Below, piece by piece: positions 41,089 through 51,655 of a DNA stretch of 64,000 nt. The notes beneath the pieces are model-generated. The model was given only the letters and a program-made list of their open reading frames with translations, was not told the origin of the DNA and did not search any database. Position numbers and translations under genes: made by a program. The DNA comes from Octopus sinensis (taxonomy: Eukaryota). Where the stretch lies: positions 70,928,001 to 70,992,000 of the forward strand of contig NC_043005.1 in the NCBI RefSeq assembly GCF_006345805.1. Reading direction: 5' to 3'. Numbering within the stretch: position 1 is the first letter of the stretch; every line of letters begins with the position of its first letter.

Positions 41089-44000
41089 TTATTATTACCC
41101 ACAAGGGGCAAACAAAGAGGGGACGATATAACCTGATGTGGGGTCAGATTCTCGGATGGGGTTACAAAAAAGATGAGATTAAAAATTCAAAAATTCACAA
41201 AATTGCAAAAATTATAAAATCGAATGAATAACAGACCGGAAGACATTACAGGTGGAGTGGGGGCGGGTTCAGCTCGGACCCCACGAGCCCCGCCTCACCA
41301 CTGATACTTTGGATTCGTCCTGATTTACATTTATGTGGTGTCATCCATTAACAACTTCCGTGCTACATCCTTCCATCGTTCTTCATACACTCTTTTAGTC
41401 AGGCATTTTCTCTCCAGCCCTATCTTCCTTTTCAGGTGGAAGATGAAGTAATTCATCAACCCTGGGCCGGATATGAACTTGCCTGACCGTATACCTTTCA
41501 TTCTCGTCTTCCATATCACCTCTTTCGCAATTGCTACCACAACGAGAAAACAATTCTTACCTTCTTTCGCGAGGAAATCTGGTGGGTCAATTTTTTTAAT
41601 ACACTCAGTCGACAGCTGTACTCTTCGTGTGCTTGACAACAGCTGTTCGGCATAAACCCACACCTCAGACACGACCGAACAATGAACAATAGCGTGCGGG
41701 ACGGTTTCCCTATCCCGCCCGCATCTTGGACACATCGGACTGTCTTGGCCACCGTGCCTTGCGAGTTTATCCCGAACAGGTCGAGCTCCTCTGTAGCATT
41801 GCCATGCCAGAGACTTCTGGCAGTTGTCCAGTGTCTTCGGCTTGAACGTACGTCGGAACAGACTGGCCAGCTGATTATCGTCGAGACCTAGGGTTTCCCC
41901 CAAGGTGTCTTCACATTTCGCCTCTACCAACCTTCTATAGAAGAATGTGGTGGAACCCCCACCGCAGGCGTTGCCCGAGCGACGGAATAGCAGGAGAGCC
42001 TTGCGACACTCCGTATACCATGTGCCCAGTTTCGATTTACGATTCAACCAGGTTTCCCATCCACCGAAACTAGTGAACTTGGGAAACATCAGTTTTGCTA
42101 GCGAAGACGACACCCGTTCACCATCCAGGTAGAGCCACAGATGTCTTAACCTCAGCGCATGTTTGCGCATCATCAGCCAAGGCATCCCTAGCCCACCCTT
42201 TAACGGTTGTTGACAGCAAGTAGAGCGTTTCACAAATGGTTTCCCGTCCTTCCACAAGAAGTAGAAGAGCTGTCTTTCCAACTTGATCAACCACGAATCG
42301 GGGCAAGGAACGACGGAAAGGCGGTAGGTGATAACCGATGCGATAAACACATTGGCCACCTCCGCCCTCCCTTTCAGGGATAGCCACTGCCAAGACCAGG
42401 TCTTGGCTACTGCAGCCACCTTGCTCGTTACCTCGCCCCAATTCTTCTCTATTTGGAGGTCTGGACCGAACCAGACCCCTAGCAGTTTAATCGGACCCTC
42501 CGTCCAACGTCCCACGACGCTGTCAGGAGGCATCGACTTGCCTCTTCAGGTGCCGAGTTGCAAGCCGACTAACTTTTCGCGATTAACTTTTGCTCCTGTC
42601 ACCGTCTCGTAATCCTCTATGGCCTTGCCTACTTTACATAGGTGGTCCATTTCTGTTACGATGATGGTGATGTCGTCCGCGTACGCTGACACTGATTTTC
42701 CATTATCTAGCTATCTCGGGATGCCGCTCAGTTTTCGCAGTAATGGCTCAAGAGCCATCACGTACAAAAGCGGGGAGAGCGGACACCCTTGACGAACCGA
42801 GCGTTTGATTTTGAACGGCTTCGACAAGAAGCCGTTCACCCGAACTTCCGAGTCGATGTTGTCATAAATTTGGATAATCCACCTGAGGATGCCAAGGCTC
42901 AGCCCGAACTGTGCCAGGGCAGATACCAGGTAACGATGGTCGACCCTATCAAAAACCTTGGATTGGTCTAAATGGACCAGTGCCCCACCCTTGCCAGAAT
43001 CACTATTAAACCCCTCTATAGTGTACCGCATTAGATGGAGATTATCCTGAATGGTTCTGCCCGGAACGGCACATGTCTGTGCCTCCCCGATCAGACCATC
43101 CGCGACACGCGCCAATCTTTTCGATAACACTTTGGCCAAAATCTTCAACTCAGTGTTTAGCAGAGTGATGGGCCTGAAATTATCAATGCACTCCCCCTTG
43201 CTCGGGTCCTTTCTGACGAGAGTCACCACTCCCCGGCGCACAGATCTGGGTATAAGCCCGTTCTGCTGCCAGTTCGCATAGACCTCCGCCAGTAGGTGCC
43301 CGAACAAGTCTGGCATACTCTTATATAACTCATAGGGTAGACCATCCAAACCCGGCGCCTTGCCCGCGCCGCAGTCCGCCATTGCCTCAACCACCTCCTC
43401 AGGCGTGATTGGCCCTTCACAGCCCTCCGCATCTCGCCCCGATAAGCGCGGCAGCCCGTCGAGTAGGTCCGTAAAGGCCCCCCTCCTATCCAGCCCGCCG
43501 CACTCACCGAAAAGCTGAGCGAAGTGCTCCTGAAAGGCCTCACACATCTCCTCGGGTTCGTTTATCAACTCACCTTGTTGGTTCTTCAAAGATCGAATTA
43601 TGGCATCGTTGCCATTCCGAGCTTCCACCACTCGGGCCCATCTCACGGCGTTGATTCCTCACATCCCATATGACGGATTCTAGCCCTGACAATGCAGCCC
43701 ATGTGTTTGGCCTCGAGGTGCTGGTTTAACACCAGTCTCTTGGACGCCACCTGAGCCGCAGAGCCAGTTTTCATGGCTTCCTCTAATTCCTTAACTAGAG
43801 TAGTTTCCCTTCTAGCCTCTCTAGTCACTACTCCTATGCTATATCTAATAGACTCAAACTTAATGGCTCGTTTGAGGGCGTACCACCATTTGTTATTAAT
43901 GATGGCACCAGACAGCGCCCTCTGAATTATAGTCCTAATCCGGTCTCTGTACTCCTTAATCGCCAAAAGGGACGTATTAAGTTTCCAGTAACCGGATCCT

Positions 44001-46341
44001 CTATTTCTAACCTTATCTATGTCAAGCTTACAAGTGACCATTTTATGATCACTGTAGCTGATCGGGTAAAACTGTGGACACTTAGCTATTTTACTGTCTA
44101 CCTTTCTAATTAGAATTCTATCTATGTATGACCTGGAAGATCCGTCGCTGTTTGACCACGTCCACAATGGAGCGTTCGGAAATTCCAACCTATAAGGATC
44201 TGCTAGCTCAAAGCGGTTTAGCAGTTCCAGGAAGCAATAGTTACCTTTTCTATCTGCATTCGAGCCAACACAATCTACATCCGCTTTGCAAATTGTGTTA
44301 AAGTCTCCTAGCACAACTAATGAATGCGAAGTACCGAGAAAGTTTTCTAGTTCACGAAAATAATCACTTTGCCCTGTATTGGGTGCGTAAATTGCAACCA
44401 GTCTGATAACTTTACCGTTACTGAACGTCAAATCCATGACGACCAGCCTACCTTCTGGGTCTGAAAAAATTAACTTTTTCTCAAAAACCCGGTTTCTTTT
44501 TAATAGGACCAACACCCCACCCCCGCCTGTAGGACTGGCTGAGAGAAAAAACTCTCGTAGCCGTCAAACAGCGGGAGTAGACCTCTTGGCCCCTTTAACC
44601 GGGTTTCTGTAGCAACAATAACATCCAAATTACGCGACCTGATATCATTAAGGAAGCGACCTTGCTTCCCGCTTGATCCCAGGCCGCGCACATTTAAACA
44701 ACCAACATAAATGTAGTCCATAACTTACCTTATATCAGTGGTTCGACTTGTTCGACTGGTTTACCTTGTTTTTCGTCGTCTTCTTCGTTTTTATTTTTTT
44801 CCTTGGCTCGTGGGGGAGTCCGACGCAGGCCCTCGTATAGATATGGAGACATGTCTAGTCTCAGAGGGCCCACGTCGTGGAAGAATTCGGATTTTATCCG
44901 CCTGTAGTCCTTCCGGCCTATTTTGTACACAATACAGTCTTTCGTTTTCCTTACTCTCTCCACTTTGGCCATGGCTGCCAACACATTGACTAGTCTATTG
45001 TTGGTAGCCTTAATGGCCATAAATGAATTGGTTACTTCTTTTCTCTTCTTCTGGTTTTCTTCTTCTTGAGGGGTGGTTTCTGTTTTCCGTTTTTTTTTGG
45101 TAACTTTTGACCACCCCTCCTCTTTTTCTTTTTCTGCACCACTCGATGATTTTTCTACCTCTTTGGTTTCCTCTGTTTTCTTTTCTGTTTCAGTTTCTTC
45201 CTTTTCCGACGGTGCTTCTACCTGCGGTTTAGGTTGACACTCTGCTCTTACGTGTCCCTTTTTTCCGCAGCCGAAGCACCTCGGCTTTCTTCCTTCTACG
45301 AAAACCAACACTCTCTCCTCCTCATTGAGCCTCAGCACCTCTGGTATTTCCTCCAGTGTCTGGACCTCCGCTTGGATTGCCATTGTGATGCTCTGGCCCT
45401 GCCAAAACCCCTCCTCCTCCACTGTAGCTTGGAGGATATTGATTTTGTCCTTCAGGCCTAGCATCACTGCCGCCACCAGGCATGTGGCGTCCGCCTCTGG
45501 GGGAATATTCCTCATAACTATTTTTGAGGTCCTTCTGCCTCTGTACAAGGGTAGAAGGACTATGTTCCCTGCTTTTTGTGGTTCGGTAGATAGCCTCTTT
45601 GCTATTTCCTCGGTCCTAAACCTCACCTCTACCGTTCCGAACCTTCTTCCTCTGTTTATATAAGTTATGTCCTTTCTAATTGCCTTCAGGCACTCCTCTA
45701 TTTTATTTTCTTCCACTTTCTGGATACTTTTTGTTGTTGTACTGTATGTTTTATAAATTATCCTTTTCTTTTCTATCTCTTCTTTTTTTTCCACATCTGC
45801 TTTTACTGCTATCTCATTTCCTTCTTTTTTCAGTAAGACTTCGTATTTTTCCAGATTATCTGTATTTATACTTTTTTGTTTACGCCCTGCAACTTCCGCG
45901 AACTTCTTCGCTGGGGCCTTTTTTTCTGGCGTTACCGCCGTTTCTTTTTCCGGCGTCACCGCCGGTGAGCTTTCTTCACCTGAGGCTTGTGAGCTTCCAT
46001 CACCTGAGATTGGTGAATAAGAGATGGGGAATTCCATTTCGAGCTTTTTCAGTTGGCATTCACCGCCTTCCGAAGACATTTAGGCTTTGCAAGCCGTTTG
46101 TAGAAAAATTTTTTTTTTTTTAAATTGTTCCACACACAATAATTCCCCTGCGAGGGGGGAACTAAGTACGCAGCCTTCGCACGAAGGCCACTAACAGTCT
46201 TATAGAAAAGACACCAAAACAACAGTGATTAAGTTAACAAAGTAGCAGTAATTTACTAACCAAGCAGGCACTCGTATTCAGTCGGTCAAAGTTCAGCCCT
46301 TGAGCATCGATGAAAAAGTAACATCTAACAAAAAAAGTAAC
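41089..46341 (-). mobile_element. Tx1 element E1, full length
   Basis: Intact ORF1 at 44730-46079; ORF2 in four segments 41331-44721; tail at 41089. Confidence 0.95.
44730..46079 (-). CDS. Tx1 ORF1 protein (449 aa, gag-like, one CCHC knuckle)
   Basis: Open frame with RRFGTVEVRF and CFGCGKKGHVRAEC; stop 8 nt before the ORF2 ATG. Confidence 0.9.
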   Translation of the reverse strand: MSSEGGECQLKKLEMEFPISYSPISGDGSSQASGEESSPAVTPEKETAVTPEKKAPAKKFAEVAGRKQKSINTDNLEKYEVLLKKEGNEIAVKADVEKKEEIEKKRIIYKTYSTTTKSIQKVEENKIEECLKAIRKDITYINRGRRFGTVEVRFRTEEIAKRLSTEPQKAGNIVLLPLYRGRRTSKIVMRNIPPEADATCLVAAVMLGLKDKINILQATVEEEGFWQGQSITMAIQAEVQTLEEIPEVLRLNEEERVLVFVEGRKPRCFGCGKKGHVRAECQPKPQVEAPSEKEETETEKKTEETKEVEKSSSGAEKEKEEGWSKVTKKKRKTETTPQEEENQKKRKEVTNSFMAIKATNNRLVNVLAAMAKVERVRKTKDCIVYKIGRKDYRRIKSEFFHDVGPLRLDMSPYLYEGLRRTPPRAKEKNKNEEDDEKQGKPVEQVEPLI

Positions 46342-46359
46342 ATGACGAGTATTCAGTTG

Positions 46360-49300
46360 ATTTTATTACTACCCACAAGGGGCGAACATAGAGGGGACAA
46401 TACAATCTGATGTGGGGTCAGACATACGGATGGTTTTTACAAAAAATCGGATTTAAAAATATCATGAAATTACAAAAATACAAACAAAATCGAATGATGG
46501 AATAGACCGGAAGACATTACAGATGGAGTGGGTGCGGGTTTAGCTCGGACCCCACGAGCCCCGCCTCCCCACTGATACTTTTGGTTGCGCTTGGTATTAC
46601 ATTTATGTTGTATCTTTCACTCTCAACTTCCGTGCCACATCTTTCCATCGTTCTTCATACACTCTCCTAGTCAGGCATATTCTCTCCAGCCCTATCTTCC
46701 TTTTCAGGTGGAAGATGAATAATTCATCAAACCAGGGCCAGAGATGAACTTGCCTGACTGTAAACCTTTCACTCTCGTCTTCCATATCACCTCTTTCGCA
46801 ATTGCTACTACTACGAGAAAACGAAACTTACCTTCATTCACGAGGAAATCCGGTGGGTCAATTTTTGTAATCGACTCAGTCGACAGCTGTACTCTTCGTG
46901 TACCTGACAACAGCTGTTCGGCATAAACCCACACCTCAGACACGTCCGGACAATGAACAATAGCGTGCGGGACGGTTTCCCTATCCCGCCCGCATCTTGG
47001 ACATATCGGACTGTCTCGGCCACCGTGCCTTGCGAGTTTATCCCGAACAGGTAGAGCTCCTCTGTAGCATTGCCATGCCAGAGACTTCTGGAAGTTGTCC
47101 AGTGTCCTCGGCTTGAACGTACGTCGGAACAGACTGGCCAGCTGATTATCGTCGAGACCTAGGGTTTCCCCCAAGGTATCTTCACATTCCGCCTCTACCA
47201 ACCCTCTATAGAAGAATGTGGTGGAACCCCCACCGCAGGCGTTGCCCGAGCGACGGAATAGCAGGAGAGCCTTGCGACACTCCGTGTACCAAGTACCGAG
47301 TTTCGATCTACGATCCAGCCAGGTTTCCCGTCCACCGAAACTAGTGAATTTGGGAAACATCAGTTTTGCTAACGGAGACCACACCCGTTCACCATCCAGG
47401 TAGAGCCACAGATGTCTTAACCTCAGCGCATGTCTGCGCATCATCAGCCAAGGCATCCCTAGCCCACCCTTTAACGGTTGTTGACAGCAAGTAGAGCGTT
47501 TCACAAGTGGTTTCCTACCCTTCCACAAGAAGTAGAAGAGCTGTCTTTCCAACTTCGTCAACCACGAATCGGGGCAAGGAACGACGGAAAGGCGGTAGGT
47601 GATAACCGATGCGATAAACACATTGGCCACCTCCGCCCTCCCTTTCAAGGATAGCCACCGCCAAGACCAGGTCTTGGCTACTGCAGCCACCTTGCTCGTT
47701 ACCTCGCCCCAATTCTTCTCTATTTGGAGGTCTGGACCGAACCAGACCCCTAGCAGTTTAATCGGACCCTCCGTCCAACGTCCCACGACGCTGTCAGGAG
47801 GCATCGACTTGCCTCTCCAGGTACCGAGTTGCAAGCCGACTGACTTTTCGCGATTAACTTTTGCTCCTGTCACCGTCTCGTAAGCCTCTATGGCCTTGCC
47901 TACTTTACATAGGTGGTCCATTTCGGTTACGATGATGGTGATGTCATCCGCGTACGCTGACACTGATTTTCCATTACCCGGCTGTCTCGGGATGCCGCTC
48001 AGTTTTCGCAGTGATGGCTCTAGAGCCATCACGTACAAAAGCGGGGAGAGCGGACACCCTTGACGAACCGAGCGTTTGATTTTGAACGGCTTCGACAAGA
48101 AGCCGTTCACCCGAACTACCGAGTCGATGTTATCATAAATTTGGATAATCCACCTGAGGAAGCCAAGGCTCAGCCCGAACTGTGCCAGGGCAGATACCAG
48201 GTAACGATGGTCGACCCTATCAAAGGCTTTAGATTGGTCTAAATGGACCAGTACCCCACCCTTGCCAGAATCATTATTAAACCCCTCTATAGTGTACCGC
48301 ATTAGATGGAGATTATCCTGAATGGTTCTGCCCGGAACGGCACATGTCTGTGCCTCTCCGATCAGACCATCCGCGACACGCGCCAATCTTTTCGATAACA
48401 CTTTGGCCAAAATCTTCAACTCTGTGTTTAGCAGAGTGATGGGCCTGAAATTATCAATGCACTCTCCCTTGCTCGGGTCCTTTCTGACGAGAGTCACTAC
48501 TCCCCGGCGCACAGATCTGGGTATAAGCCCGTTCTGCTGCCAGTTCGCATAGACCTCCGCCAGTAGGTGCCCGAACAAGTCTGGCATACTCTTATATAAC
48601 TCATAGGGTAGACCATCCAAACCCGGCGCCTTGCCTGCGCCGCAGTCCGCCATTGCCTCAAACACCTCCTCAGGCGTGATTGGCCCTTCACAGCCCTCCG
48701 CATCTCGCCCGATAAGCGCGGCAGCCCGTCGAGTAGGTCCGTAAAGGCCCTCCTCCTATCCAGTCTGCCGCACTCACCGAAAAGCTGAGCGAAGTGCTCC
48801 TGAAAGGCCTCACACATATCCTCGGGTTCATTTATCAACTCACCTTGTTGGTTCGTCAAAGATCGAATCGTGGCACCGTTACCATGCTGAGCTTCCACCA
48901 CTCGGGCCCATCTCACGGCGTTGATTCCTTCACATCCCATATGGCGGATTCTAGCCCTGACAATGCAGCCCATGTGTTTGGCCTCGAGGTGCTGGTTTAA
49001 CACCAGTCTCTTGGACGCCACCTGAGCCGCAGAGCCAGTTTTCATGGCTTCCTCTAATTCCTTAACTAGAGTATTATCCCCTCTAGCCTCTCTAGCCACT
49101 ACTCCTATGCTATATCTAATAGACTCAAACTTGATGGCTCGTTTGAGGGCGTACCACCATTTGTTATTAATGATGGCACCAGACAGCGCCCTCTGAATTA
49201 TGGTCCTAATCCGGTCTTTGTACTCCTTAATCGCCAAAAGGGACGTATTAAGTTTCCAGTAACCGGATCCTCTATTTCTAACCTTATCTATGTCAAGCTT

Positions 49301-51655
49301 ACAAGTGACCATTTTATGATCACTGTAGCTGATCGGGTAAAACTGTGGACACTTAGCTATTTTACTGTCTACTTTTCTAATTAGAATTCTATCTATATAT
49401 GACCTGGAAGATCCGTCGCTGTTTGACCATGTCCACAATGGAGCGTTCGGAAATTCCAGCCTATACGGATCTGCTAGCTCAAAGCGGCTTAGCAGTTCCA
49501 TGAAGCCACTGTTACCTCTCCTATCTGGACACGAGCCAACACAATCTACATCCGCTTTGCAAATTGTGTTAAAGTCTCCTAGCACAACTAATGAATGCGA
49601 AGTACCGAGAAAGTTTTCTAGTTCACGAAAATAATCACTTTGCCCTTTTTTACTGTTGGGTGCGTAAATTGCAACCACTCTGATAACTTTACCATTACTG
49701 AACGTCAAATCCATGACGACCAGCCTACCTTCTGGATCTGCAAAAATTAACTTTTTCTCAGAAACCCGGTTTCTTTTTAATAGGACCAACACCCCTCTCC
49801 CGCCTGTAGGACTGCCAGGAGAGAAAAAACTCTCGTAGCCGTCAAACAGCGGGAGAAGACCTCTTGGCCCCTCTAACCAGGTTTCTGTAGCAACAATAAC
49901 ATCTAAATTACGCGACCTGATATCATGCAGGAAGCGACCTTGCTTCCAGCCTGCTCCCAGGCCGCGCACATTCAAACAACCGACATAAATGTAATCCATT
50001 ACTTACCTTATATCAGTGGTTCGGTTTTTTCGTTTTCTTCCTTGCTTGTCTCTTCTTCTGGGCCTCGTGGGGGAGTCTGACGCAGGCCCTCGAATATATA
50101 TATGGAGATGTTATATCCATTCTGAGCGGGCCTACGTCATGGAAAAATTCGGACTTTATCCGTCCGTAATCCTTCCGGCCTATTCTGTACAAAACATAGT
50201 CGTTTTTCTTCCCTATTTTTTCTACTTTGGCCATCGCTGCCAACACATTTCCTAGTCTATTGTTCGTGGCCTTACCGGCCATAAATGAGTTCAATGACTC
50301 CCTTTTTTTTTTTGGTTTACTTTGGGAGGGGTGGTTTCAGTTTTTCTTTTTTTCCTGGTGATTTTTGACCACCCCTCCTCCTTTTTCGTTTCCTCGCTCT
50401 TTTTTTCCTCTTCCGTTGGTTCCGCTGCCTCTGTCACCTCCACACCTTCAGTCGTCCCTCCTGGGCCGACCAGCGCTGTTTCTGACGACACGGCTTCTTC
50501 TTTTCCACTTGGCTGAGCTGCTTCCTGCGGTTTGGGTTGGGGCTGGCATTCTGCCCTTACATGCCCTTTCTTACCGCAGCCGAAGCACCTCGGCTTTCTG
50601 CCCTCTACGAAGACTGTGACTCTTTCATCTTCGCTTATCTTTAGAGTCTCTGGGATCTCTTCCAGGGTTTGTACTTCTGCTTGTATGGCTATTATTATTT
50701 TTTGCCCTTTCCAGAATTCTTCTTCTTCTACGGTGGCCTGGAGGATGTTTATTTTTTCCTCCAGGCCTACCATAACTGCTGCCACCAGGACTTCGGCATC
50801 CGCTTCTGGCGGAATGTTATTCATTGTGATCTTGGAAGTTCTCTTGCCTTTATACAGGGGTAGGAGAACAATATCCTCCGCTTTTATGGGTTCCATGGAT
50901 AGCTTCTTCGCTACCTCCTCTGACGTGAATCTCACCTCCACTGTGCCGTATTTCTTCCCTCGATTGATATATGTTATTTTATCCATAATCGGCTTTAAGC
51001 AGTTTTCGATCTTTTTCTCCTCTATTTTTTGTATTGCTCTGCTTGTTATACTGAATGTCTTATAGATTATTCTCCTATTCGAAATTTCCTCCTGTATTTG
51101 GGCGTTTGAAGCCACGGTTACTTCCGTGCCCTCTTTTGACACACAGTCTGCATGTTTTCCCAGGTTGTCCACGTTAATTTTTTTAATTTTCTTCCCAGCT
51201 ACTTCAGAAAATTTTCTCGCTGGTGCTGGAATGTCTTTTTCCTTTGGCGACCCCGCCTCTTTTTTCTTTGGCGACCCCGCCTCTTTTTTCTTTGGCGACC
51301 CCGCCTCTTTTTTCTTTGGCGACCCCGCCTCTTTTTTCTTTGGCGACACCGCCTCTTTTTTCTTTGGCGACACCGCCTCTTTTTTCTTTGGCGACACCGC
51401 CGGTGATCCTGCATCACTTGAATTCGAGATGGGGGATTCCATCTCTGATATCTGGCTTTAACAAGCCCTTGGCACAACCAAGATAATGATAGCCCTCGCA
51501 CGAAGGCCGACTTCAACAGTTTTACAACAACACAGAAAGACAGCTAGACACACAGTAGATCACAACGGAGAAAATATACACAAAAAAATATACTAACTCA
51601 CTATACACTATGACGAGTATTCAGTTGGTGAAAGTTCAGTTTTTCAGTGTCTATG
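46360..51655 (-). mobile_element. Tx1 element D2, full length, three frameshifts
   Basis: ORF1 51442 to ~50008; ORF2 49999 to ~46600 (500-aa and 653-aa segments plus a C-terminal piece). Confidence 0.95.
51236..51401 (-). repeat. 7 x 24-bp coding tandem repeat in D2 ORF1
   Basis: TTTGGCGAC recurs at 51243, 51267, 51291, 51315, 51339, 51363, 51387; encodes (V/G)SPKKKEA. Confidence 0.95.

Noticed and set aside
46395-46425. CTGACCCCACATCAG as branch point and acceptor in D/E 3' UTRs
   Set aside because: There is no polypyrimidine tract, the spacing is short, and the AG is absent in families B and C; noted only as a candidate.
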